A DNA stretch of 22,530 nucleotides from Candidatus Krumholzibacteriota bacterium. Lineage in GTDB: Bacteria; Krumholzibacteriota; Krumholzibacteriia; LZORAL124-64-63. This document shows positions 1-7,271 of the stretch, in pieces. The stretch spans positions 1 through 22,530 of the forward strand of contig JBDLKA010000056.1 in NCBI GenBank assembly GCA_039714075.1, written 5' to 3'. The translations under genes were made by a program, and so were the position numbers. Each line of letters starts with the position of its first letter. The first letter of the stretch is position 1. Below the pieces are notes generated by a model. It saw only the letters and a list, made by a program, of their open reading frames with translations, did not search any database and was not told the origin of the DNA.

Positions 1-390
1 CAGCCCTATTGGGTAAGTGAAGGCAATATCCTGGGGCGGTCCAACCGCTTCAACGCCATGCTGGTCGGCGCGGAATTCGGGCGAATCCTGCCGGTGGGAG
101 TACGGTCCGCCGTGGACCTGTTCGTGGGCGCGGGGGGCGATGTGGTCACCCCCTTCAAGGATGAGGAAATCTACCTCGGCACATTCAACCTGAACGCGGG
201 TTTGGGCTACCGGCTGTTTCTGGGCCGGGAGCGAAACGTGAGTCTGGGGCTGGATGCGCGGCGCGAGTGGATCGGCGAACGCAACGAGGGTCGCTACAGC
301 ATGTCGGGGGGTGCCTGGAGCCTCCGTTTCACCCTGGGAATCGCCTACAACAACGGCGATGCCCGCCGCCTGGAATCCCTGGGTCAATAA
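1..390 (+). CDS. Partial gene (C-terminal part), probable outer-membrane beta-barrel protein
   Basis: Frame 1 is open from base 1 to TAA at 388-390; alternating hydrophobic/aromatic strands (FNLNAGLGYRLF, WSLRFTLGIAY) resemble beta-barrel strands. The start lies outside the window. Confidence 0.55.
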   Translation, partial: QPYWVSEGNILGRSNRFNAMLVGAEFGRILPVGVRSAVDLFVGAGGDVVTPFKDEEIYLGTFNLNAGLGYRLFLGRERNVSLGLDARREWIGERNEGRYSMSGGAWSLRFTLGIAYNNGDARRLESLGQ

Positions 391-497
391 AGCCAAATTT
401 CCCAGTCTCCCGGTGGGCCATGGCGCCCGGCAAACCTCCAGAATCCCCTTGTTTCAAGCTGTTTTCCTGTTTACATTTGTCAGGAAACCAACAGGGT

Positions 498-515
498 CTG
501 TGTAATTTCTCACAG
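498..515. promoter_or_regulatory. CRP/FNR-family-like operator upstream of pckA
   Basis: cTGTGT-aatttc-TCACAg is a 9/10 match to TGTGA-N6-TCACA, about 95 bp upstream of the pckA start. Confidence 0.4.
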
Positions 516-608
516 GCTGATATCTGTGTTTGGGTTTTGAGGGGCGGCGGCTGGCCGAGAGGCTGGACGCCCCCTTTTGATCGACAACCTGATCAAGGAG
601 TAAGGACG

Positions 609-2255
609 ATGAGTTTCCAGGATCGTCTCGCAAAACTGCTTTCCGGTTCCAATATTCTCGACAATCTTCCCCGCAAGGATCTGGTCCAAGCCGCGGTCGA
701 CAACAAGGAAGCCCTCATCAGCAAGTGTGGCGCGCTGGTGACCTGGACACCTCCCGAATCCACGGGTCGCAGCCCGCTGGACACGCTCATGGTCAAGCGG
801 CCCGAGAGCGAAGCGACCATCGACTGGACCGCCGCCAACAACATTCCCCTGGATCCCGAGACCTTCGACATGATGGTCGACGACGCCCTGGAGACCCTGG
901 GCAAGAGCGACAAGGTGTACGTCAGTGACCGCGTGGTCGGCGCCGACGCCAGTTACGCCCTGCCGGTCAAGACGGTCGGCAACTTTGCCCTGACCCAGGT
1001 TTTCACCAACAACATGTTCCGGGATGTTCCCAAGGGAATCGACAAGAGCATCTTTGCCGAGCGCGGCTTCACCATCCTGGTCTGCCCCTACGACAAGTTC
1101 GATCCCAAGCGTTACGAGGGCCGGGTGCGCGTCGATCCCCGCATCGGCACCACCAGCACCATGGCTATCGCCATGGACTTCGACCAGCGCATCGGCGTGG
1201 TCTACGGGTCGGCCTACTGCGGCAGCGTCAAGAAAACCCTGTTCACGGTCATGAACTACATGCTGCCCGCCGAAGGCATCCTGCCCATCCACTGCTCGGC
1301 CAACGAAGGCCAGAAGGGCGACATCGCGTTGCTGCTGGGTCTGAGCGGCACGGGCAAGACCACCCTGAGCGCGGTTGCCGAACGGGCCCTGCTGGGTGAC
1401 GACGAGCACGGTTGGAGCGGCAACGGCATCGCCAACTTCGAGGGTGGCTGCTACGCCAAGCTGATCGACCTGGATCCGAACAAGGAACCGGAGATCTTCA
1501 AGGCCTGCTTCCACGAGGAAGACTACCTCACCCACGGGGCCATCGTCGAAAACGCCATGATGTATCCCACCGGCGAATTCGACCTGTACGACGACCGGTT
1601 CACGCCGAACAGTCGCGGCTCCTATCCGTTGAGGTCCCTGACGAACATCAACGAGTCCAGCACCGGCACGCACCCCAGCACCATCCTGTTCCTGACCGCG
1701 GACGCCAACGGCGTGCTGCCTCCGGTCAGCAAGCTGACCAAGGAGCAGGCGATGCTGTGGTTCATCATGGGCTACACCAGCAAGCTGGCCGGTACCGAGA
1801 CCGGAGTGACCGAGCCCAAGAGCGCGTTCAGCCGGTTCTTCGGCGCGCCCTTCATGCCCCGCAACCCGGATGAATACGCCGACCTGCTGGGCAAGAAGCT
1901 GGACGAGCACGACACCCAGGTCTACCTGATCAACACCGGCTGGAGCGGCGGCCCCTACGGCGTCGGTTCCCGGATGGACATCATGTTGACCCGGGCCATG
2001 GTCGCCGCGGCGATCGACGGTTCGCTGAAGGACGTGGAATTCAAGCAGGACGAGGTCTTCAAGGTCCTGGTCCCGACCACGTGCCCCGGCGTGGATGATC
2101 CTAGCATCCTGTTCCCGGTCAACACCTGGGACGACAAGAACGCCTACCGCGAACGCGCCCTGAAGCTGGCCGGTGACTTCGCCGCCCAGTGGGACAAGGC
2201 GTATGCGGACAAGGGTATCGATCCGGCGATCGCGAAGGAGTGCCCGGGCAAGTAG
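609..2255 (+). CDS. pckA: Phosphoenolpyruvate carboxykinase (ATP)
   Basis: Motifs TGRSP, HCSAN, GLSGTGKTTLS (P-loop), LLGDDEHGW, NFEGGCYAK, FLTADANGVLPPVS, YLINTGW; ATG at 609 preceded by AAGGAG/AAGGA Shine-Dalgarno-like sequences. Confidence 0.95.
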   Translation: MSFQDRLAKLLSGSNILDNLPRKDLVQAAVDNKEALISKCGALVTWTPPESTGRSPLDTLMVKRPESEATIDWTAANNIPLDPETFDMMVDDALETLGKSDKVYVSDRVVGADASYALPVKTVGNFALTQVFTNNMFRDVPKGIDKSIFAERGFTILVCPYDKFDPKRYEGRVRVDPRIGTTSTMAIAMDFDQRIGVVYGSAYCGSVKKTLFTVMNYMLPAEGILPIHCSANEGQKGDIALLLGLSGTGKTTLSAVAERALLGDDEHGWSGNGIANFEGGCYAKLIDLDPNKEPEIFKACFHEEDYLTHGAIVENAMMYPTGEFDLYDDRFTPNSRGSYPLRSLTNINESSTGTHPSTILFLTADANGVLPPVSKLTKEQAMLWFIMGYTSKLAGTETGVTEPKSAFSRFFGAPFMPRNPDEYADLLGKKLDEHDTQVYLINTGWSGGPYGVGSRMDIMLTRAMVAAAIDGSLKDVEFKQDEVFKVLVPTTCPGVDDPSILFPVNTWDDKNAYRERALKLAGDFAAQWDKAYADKGIDPAIAKECPGK

Positions 2256-2293
2256 TACTGCCCGGCACCCTGAACGCAAATGCGGATGTATGG

Positions 2294-2328
2294 AAACGGG
2301 CGCCCCTTCTTGGGGCGCCCGTTTTTTT
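2294..2328 (+). terminator. Rho-independent terminator after pckA (possibly bidirectional)
   Basis: AAACGGGCGCCCC-ttctt-GGGGCGCCCGTTT followed by a T run; lies between convergent genes. Confidence 0.9.
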
Positions 2329-2346
2329 GAACCGAGGTTTTCCTGT

Positions 2347-3072
2347 TCAACCGGTTTTCGCACCCGACTCCCGGAATATGGCGATGCTGGTGACCCCGAA
2401 TACCAGACCCAACTGGAACCAGACGTTGAGCATTCCCCATCGGGCTTCGTTCACGACCGGGGTGACCACCGAATCCATTCCCAGGGCAAGAAAAACCGCG
2501 ATGACCAGGAGCATGACTCCGGCCCCGATTCGCGGCCAACGCCGGACGAGGAAAGCCAAGCCGGCGATGGCGACCAAATGAACCAGGGATGCCGCCAGGA
2601 AATACCCCTCCAGCTCGATTTCGTGTTTCAGGGAATAGGTCAGGGGAGCCAGGCCCGTCAAGGACACGGCAAGGAGAATGCGGAATACGCCATGACGTGC
2701 GCCCCAGTACTGGATGAGGTAACTCACCAGAAAAACCCAGATCACAGCCTTGTGGAGAGTTTCAAGGTTAATGGGCCTTTGGTTCATTTCCGAAGGTTGA
2801 AACCATCCGGTGGCGACCAAAAGGTAGTTCAGGGATATCAATGTTCCGACGGCCAGGAGCCCATGGAAACCGGCCCGATGCATGATACCGGTGGTCCATT
2901 CGTCCCCGTCGTCGAGCACTTTGATTTCCCGAAGGATGGAGGGGGCGAACACGGCCAGGACGACCACTCCGGCGGCCAGGGGAAAAACGTACTGCAGGAA
3001 AAGAGCGGCCACCGCGATTCCGATGGCGAACCAATCTGCCGACGGCAGGCGACGCACGGATGTTCCGGTCAT
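2347..3072 (-). CDS. Multi-pass membrane protein (N-terminus DUF2178-like)
   Basis: 241 aa with about 7 hydrophobic segments; GDEWTTGIMHRA resembles the DE(R)-x-I-x-x-(K/R)A motif of proteins paired with small XRE regulators; ATGA overlap with the upstream regulator. Confidence 0.75.
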   Translation of the reverse strand: MTGTSVRRLPSADWFAIGIAVAALFLQYVFPLAAGVVVLAVFAPSILREIKVLDDGDEWTTGIMHRAGFHGLLAVGTLISLNYLLVATGWFQPSEMNQRPINLETLHKAVIWVFLVSYLIQYWGARHGVFRILLAVSLTGLAPLTYSLKHEIELEGYFLAASLVHLVAIAGLAFLVRRWPRIGAGVMLLVIAVFLALGMDSVVTPVVNEARWGMLNVWFQLGLVFGVTSIAIFRESGAKTG

Positions 3073-3284
3073 TCCTCTTCCCTTTCGTCCTCCAGCTCGA
3101 ACAGTTCCTCGACAGACATGCCGAGGGCGCGCGCGAGCTGGAATGCCAGGAGAGCGGAGGGCACGTATTTACCCTTTTCGATCGCCAGCACGGCTTGCCG
3201 GCGAACCCCGACCAGGTTCGCCAAATCCTCCTGAGTGAGGTCCAGGCGTGCTCGGTGCTGTTTGATGTGGTTGAGAAGTTTCAT
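3069..3284 (-). CDS. XRE/Cro-family helix-turn-helix transcriptional regulator (71 aa)
   Basis: MKLLNHIKQHRARLDLTQEDLANLVGVRRQAVLAIEKGKYVPSALLAFQLARALGMSVEELF is a typical HTH_3 pattern; true start is ATG at 3284. Confidence 0.92.
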   Translation of the reverse strand: MKLLNHIKQHRARLDLTQEDLANLVGVRRQAVLAIEKGKYVPSALLAFQLARALGMSVEELFELEDEREEE

Positions 3285-3290
3285 GTCGTA

Positions 3291-3337
3291 AAAGTACGGT
3301 ATAGCGAACTTTTTGTCAAGTATAAATAACTTTTTGT
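3291..3337 (-). promoter_or_regulatory. Sigma70-type promoter with direct-repeat operator candidates
   Basis: Minus strand TTGACA (3319-3314), 17 bp spacer, TACTTT (3296-3291); AACTTTTTGT repeated at 3307-3316 and 3328-3337. Confidence 0.7.
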
Positions 3338-3351
3338 TTGGAATTGATAAC

Positions 3352-3377
3352 AGAAAGGCCCCCCGGGGGGCCTTTCT
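3352..3377. repeat. Perfect 26-bp palindrome with C6G6 core (copy 1); may also terminate the ABC operon
   Basis: AGAAAGGCCCCCCGGGGGGCCTTTCT abuts the stop codon of the minus-strand gene ending at 3377. Confidence 0.85.
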
Positions 3378-4009
3378 CAGGTTTTCCGCGGCTTCGGATG
3401 CGAATTCAAAATGAATACCGCCAGACCGGTCCCGGCAACCAGCAGAGCGGCTCCCACCCAAGGTGAAGCGAAATTATCGGCCCAGGCGATCGCAAAGGGT
3501 TTTCCACCGGGAACGAAGTGGGATAAAGCCACCTGAAGGGGCAGGAAAAGATAAAGAATAAAGGCCGCGAACCTGGTACGGGCCGCCAGCAGGATCCCCA
3601 GGCCTACCGCCAGCGCGGAGTTGATGATGACCCAGGGTGCAACAGGATCGTAAACCCGTCCCAGCAGGAAGATGATCAGGGGCCAGGTCAGAAGCACGGG
3701 CCAGACGTGGACGGCCAGGCTCAGGACGCGAACCAGATTGGCTGCTTTCCGGGTGACGGGGAGGTGCAACCAGAATTCGGCCCGGCCCGACAAGGTGCCT
3801 CCCATCAGGCCCGAACCCGTCAACAGGACGGGAAAAACGGTCAATAGGAGACTTCCCATGTAATTGAAGATCACTCCATCCGGCGCGGCATCGGTGGAGA
3901 CGTTTTCGGTGACGGCCAGCAGCAGACCCCACACGCCGATTCCCGCACCCAGAGTTGCCAGTTGCAGCCACCACAACTGCCGGATTTCAACGGCCAGCAA
4001 TGAGATCAT
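3377..4009 (-). CDS. Membrane protein, putative ABC transporter permease
   Basis: About 6 hydrophobic helices; FWLHLPVTR resembles the (L)xxLPxxR motif of ABC-2-like permeases; ATG at 4009 overlaps the upstream TGA (TGATG). Confidence 0.75.
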   Translation of the reverse strand: MISLLAVEIRQLWWLQLATLGAGIGVWGLLLAVTENVSTDAAPDGVIFNYMGSLLLTVFPVLLTGSGLMGGTLSGRAEFWLHLPVTRKAANLVRVLSLAVHVWPVLLTWPLIIFLLGRVYDPVAPWVIINSALAVGLGILLAARTRFAAFILYLFLPLQVALSHFVPGGKPFAIAWADNFASPWVGAALLVAGTGLAVFILNSHPKPRKT

Positions 4010-4650
4010 CAGGAACACCTCACATTCCGGGGCAGGGGTCGGGCGAGAACTCGGGGAATCGCCAGGAGGACCAATACCAACAGGATCACCGAGGGCCAGG
4101 GGGTGGTCATGGTCTCGAAGACCTCCTTGAATGTTTCATGGCTGTGGGGAGGAAATATCAGGAAGGGAAAAATGCCCGGAACCGCCGCTCGCCAAAACAC
4201 GTTGACCAGCATTCCATACAGTTGATAAAGAAGCAGTCCAAAAGCCGAAAACACGAACATCCAGGGATGGATCGGGATGCCGTTGATTGGTAATTGCCAG
4301 ACCAGAAAAGCCCAGGCGGGCAGGCAACAAAGGAATAATATGCCGCCGCTCAACAGGAGCGATTGGTTGATCTGCCTCCTGGACAAGGGCAGGTTCACCA
4401 TGACGCCGGTGTTTTGATGAACCCCCAGAATGAAGATGACCCAGGGTGCCATGGCATAGAGAAGGCAGAAGTGCAGGACCTTCATCCCCAGGAAACGATC
4501 GACCGTCTCTTCGGGACATGACGCGCAACCGAGGTCGTTCATGGCGATGATGAAAATCAGGGCGAACATCGCCCAGCCCCCCAGCAGGTAAAGACCGATG
4601 CGGCGCCGGTCGGCCGCGGCCAGGCGCAGGAGATCACGCGTCCGGGACAT
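4009..4650 (-). CDS. Membrane protein, putative ABC transporter permease
   Basis: About 6 hydrophobic helices; MVNLPLSRRQI motif; GGGAGA SD; overlaps the ATPase stop. Confidence 0.75.
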   Translation of the reverse strand: MSRTRDLLRLAAADRRRIGLYLLGGWAMFALIFIIAMNDLGCASCPEETVDRFLGMKVLHFCLLYAMAPWVIFILGVHQNTGVMVNLPLSRRQINQSLLLSGGILFLCCLPAWAFLVWQLPINGIPIHPWMFVFSAFGLLLYQLYGMLVNVFWRAAVPGIFPFLIFPPHSHETFKEVFETMTTPWPSVILLVLVLLAIPRVLARPLPRNVRCS

Positions 4651-5518
4651 GATAGTCTCCCTTCATGACATGAACGGCGATCTCTTCCAGGGTCAGGGCC
4701 GAGGCGCGGATGGATTCCGCGCCCAGGGCGCCGACTTCCGCCTGGGTTTTTTCTCCCGCGGAGGTGATCAATTCGTGAACCCGCCCCTGCTGGGTGTGCC
4801 GGACGGCGCCGGAGAATTCCGGGACCTCACCGGCGTACTGGAAACGCAGCCGGCGCCAGCTGTCGATCAGGTCGTCCTTGGCCACGTCCAGAATGATTCG
4901 TCCCCGTTCCAGGAAAACCAGGTCATCGGCCAGGCGGTGCAGGTCGTCCAGGATGTGGGTGGAATAGAAAACGGTCATGTTCCCGTTGTCCATCATCTCG
5001 CACAGGACGTCGAAAACCTCGGTTCTGACCACCGGATCCAGGCCTGCCGTCGGCTCGTCGAACAGGGCCAGGCCCGGCCTGTGGGCAAGGGCGGCCACCA
5101 GGGACAGCTTGACCCGGTTGCCGGCCGAATGCCGTTTGATCTTTTCCTCGAGATCAAGATGGAACCGGTCGGCGAGCTCACGGGCGAATGAGGAATCCCA
5201 CCGCGGATAGAAACGGGCGACCAGATCCAGGAAGGCGGTCCCGTTCATCCATTCGTAGAAAATCGGCTTGTCGGGCACATAGCCCACGGATTCCTTCCAG
5301 ACACCTTTTTCGGGATCCGCGGGTTGGTCACACACTTCGATCAGACCGGCATCCCGGTCAAGGATGCCGGCAATGGTTTTCATGGTGGTGGTTTTGCCCG
5401 AACCATTGGGTCCGACCAGTCCCACGACCCGGCCCGGTTTCAGATCCAGGTCCAGGGGCCCGAGGGTGAAGTTCCGGAAACCGACTTCCACATCACGCAT
5501 GCCGAGCGCGTATTCCAT
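4634..5518 (-). CDS. ABC transporter ATP-binding protein (YtrB/EcsA-like)
   Basis: Walker A GPNGSGKTT, signature HSAGNR, Walker B ALFDEPT, H-loop YSTH; ATG at 5518 with GGAGG SD. Confidence 0.93.
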   Translation of the reverse strand: MEYALGMRDVEVGFRNFTLGPLDLDLKPGRVVGLVGPNGSGKTTTMKTIAGILDRDAGLIEVCDQPADPEKGVWKESVGYVPDKPIFYEWMNGTAFLDLVARFYPRWDSSFARELADRFHLDLEEKIKRHSAGNRVKLSLVAALAHRPGLALFDEPTAGLDPVVRTEVFDVLCEMMDNGNMTVFYSTHILDDLHRLADDLVFLERGRIILDVAKDDLIDSWRRLRFQYAGEVPEFSGAVRHTQQGRVHELITSAGEKTQAEVGALGAESIRASALTLEEIAVHVMKGDYHVPDA

Positions 5519-5520
5519 GG

Positions 5521-5928
5521 TCAATCCTCCTTCCCGGTCGAGCCGGGTTCTTCGAGGTCGGACGCGAGAGAGTCGCGGACGAGTTTCAGGATTTCCCGGT
5601 CCGTCAACCCCATCAGGCGGGCTTCGTTCAAGGGGTCCCGCAAGGCCTCGGTGACCCGCCGGGTGGCCTGTTCCTTCCGGTCGGACCTGTCGATGGGCGC
5701 CACGAAAAATCCCTTCCCCTGCCGGGGGTAGATCATCTTTTCCCGTTCCAGATCCTCGTAGGCCCGCTGAACTGTGACCGCCCCGACCCGCTCTTCCCGG
5801 GCCAGTCCCCTGATGGAAGGCAGCTGGAAATGTTCGGGCAGTTCGCCGCTGAGAACCATTTCCCTGATCCTGCGGACGATCTGTTCCCGCAGGGGCAAAG
5901 GAGACATGTCGGATAATTTGAGCTGCAT
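5521..5928 (-). CDS. GntR-family regulator, YtrA subfamily
   Basis: PLREQI...GEL...QLPSIRGLA...TVQRAYEDLE...QGKGFFV with a short C-terminal domain; start placed at ATG 5928 (GGAGG SD at 5938-5934). Confidence 0.92.
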   Translation of the reverse strand: MQLKLSDMSPLPLREQIVRRIREMVLSGELPEHFQLPSIRGLAREERVGAVTVQRAYEDLEREKMIYPRQGKGFFVAPIDRSDRKEQATRRVTEALRDPLNEARLMGLTDREILKLVRDSLASDLEEPGSTGKED

Positions 5929-5936
5929 CAAAACCT

Positions 5937-5980
5937 CCACTGTACTCATATAGAGTATACAGTGGGTACGGTGGTGGCAA
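5937..5980 (-). promoter_or_regulatory. YtrA-type operator overlapping the operon promoter
   Basis: CCACTGTA-N13-TACAGTGG (5937-5965) matches the TGTA-N13-TACA core known for Bacillus subtilis YtrA; minus-strand TTGCCA (5980-5975)-17 bp-TACTCT (5957-5952). Confidence 0.75.
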
Positions 5981-6042
5981 GGGGAGGTTGCAAGTTTTTT
6001 TCGACCGGCGCCTTTGCGGACCGGCTACTTAACATAATTTTG

Positions 6043-6054
6043 CCCCCCGGGGGG
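6043..6054. repeat. C6G6 palindrome (copy 2)
   Basis: ttttgCCCCCCGGGGGGtgtttt in the divergent intergenic region. Confidence 0.8.
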
Positions 6055-6195
6055 TGTTTTTTGGTGGGATATTCCTCTCTGACGGGATATACCAACATAA
6101 TGAAGGATATTTGAGCGTTGTATCGCCGACTCGAATACGGCGCTGATACGCTATTGCACGCACAAAAACAAAATTGCAGGGGTGGGTGCGAAAGA

Positions 6196-6693
6196 ATGCA
6201 ATCGATTGACCTAATACGCGATAACCTGAAGAAGAGTTCTGACCGTGTCCTCGCTCGCGTCGAAGAAATGCGAGAGCATTGTGTGGTTTACCCCACCGTG
6301 AACGGGGGCGGTCACACGCTTTGGGTCCTGGGGCACTTGGCCTACATCGAGGGGCTCGTTATCCGCGTGTTCATGCAATCGGAACCGAATCCGCTGGCCG
6401 ATTGGGAGGAACTTTTCGACGGAACCGACACGACCGGGGATTTGAACCGGTACCCTCCGTTCGATCAGGTTTTAGCCAAGTGCCGCGAGATGCGTGAGCG
6501 GACGGTGACGATTCTTGATTCACTTACCGAAGAAGACCTCGACAAAGTATGTGTTAACACGCCTAAGGGTTATGAAGATACATTTGGCACCTACCGCCTT
6601 TGCCTGCAGTATGTCGCCGACCATTGGTATATGCACCGCGGTCAGTTGGCCGACGCGCGCCGCGCCGCGGGGTTGGAGCGAATGTGGTTGTAG
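6196..6693 (+). CDS. DinB/YfiT-family protein
   Basis: His triad pattern WVLGHLA ... HWYMHRGQ; about 165 aa and helical; start placed at ATG 6196. Confidence 0.85.
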   Translation: MQSIDLIRDNLKKSSDRVLARVEEMREHCVVYPTVNGGGHTLWVLGHLAYIEGLVIRVFMQSEPNPLADWEELFDGTDTTGDLNRYPPFDQVLAKCREMRERTVTILDSLTEEDLDKVCVNTPKGYEDTFGTYRLCLQYVADHWYMHRGQLADARRAAGLERMWL

Positions 6694-6758
6694 AACCGTC
6701 TGGGGTTTGGCGCTACCACGTTGGCGGGTGAACCCGGTGGATAACGAAGGGGAACACC

Positions 6759-7271
6759 GTGAGAAATTTAATCCTGCCGATCACGATCGTCATCATTCTG
6801 ACCACAGGCTGCGTGCACGAGGCGCCGCTGACGAAAGAGCACACCCTGGCCATCGACCCTGCGCTTCTGGGCTTGTGGGAACTGGTCCCCGGCGAGGCCA
6901 AGGGCGACCCCGACGAGGACCGGATGGTGGTCATGAGGTGGTCGGACACCGAGTACCTGGTCCAACTCCCATTGGGGGCGGAAGGGGATTTCTTCCGCGC
7001 CTATCCGGCCGAGATCGGCGGCCGTTCGCTGGTTCAGGCGGAATTCCTGGGCAACTGCACCAGGGATTGGTATCCCCCCGAAAAAACTTTCTTCCCGGTG
7101 GTCACCTATGAGATCGTGGAGGGAATCCTGATCGTCAGCAGCCTGAACCACGAGGTGGTGGACGTCGAGATCACCGACAGCGCGGCCCTGCGGGAGGCGT
7201 TCCTGAAAAACAAGGACCGGCAGGATCTGTTCAGTCCGCCGGCCCACTACCGGAGGATCGATAATAAGTAA
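6759..7271 (+). CDS. Putative lipoprotein of unknown function
   Basis: GTG start, MRN + hydrophobic stretch + lipobox-like LTTGC; IDPALLGLW resembles a lipocalin-like first strand. Confidence 0.75.
   Translation: MRNLILPITIVIILTTGCVHEAPLTKEHTLAIDPALLGLWELVPGEAKGDPDEDRMVVMRWSDTEYLVQLPLGAEGDFFRAYPAEIGGRSLVQAEFLGNCTRDWYPPEKTFFPVVTYEIVEGILIVSSLNHEVVDVEITDSAALREAFLKNKDRQDLFSPPAHYRRIDNK

Noticed and set aside
577..596. TTGAT...ATCAA as an FNR box
   Set aside because: Spacer is 10 bp, not the required 4.
267..608. N-terminal extension of pckA in the ORF track
   Set aside because: Overlaps the upstream gene and regulatory region; SD and family-like sequence begin at 609.
510..2363. 617-aa antisense ORF opposite pckA (likewise 7231-9279, 9393-10772, 13409-14497, 14352-15470, 17700-18779, 18906-21068 on the minus strand)
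   Set aside because: Shadow ORFs expected from GC-rich codon bias; no recognisable motifs, and each lies opposite a well-supported gene.
6114..6152. Bulged hairpin as an integron attC site
   Set aside because: No flanking RYYYAAC/GTTRRRY cores and no integrase in the window.
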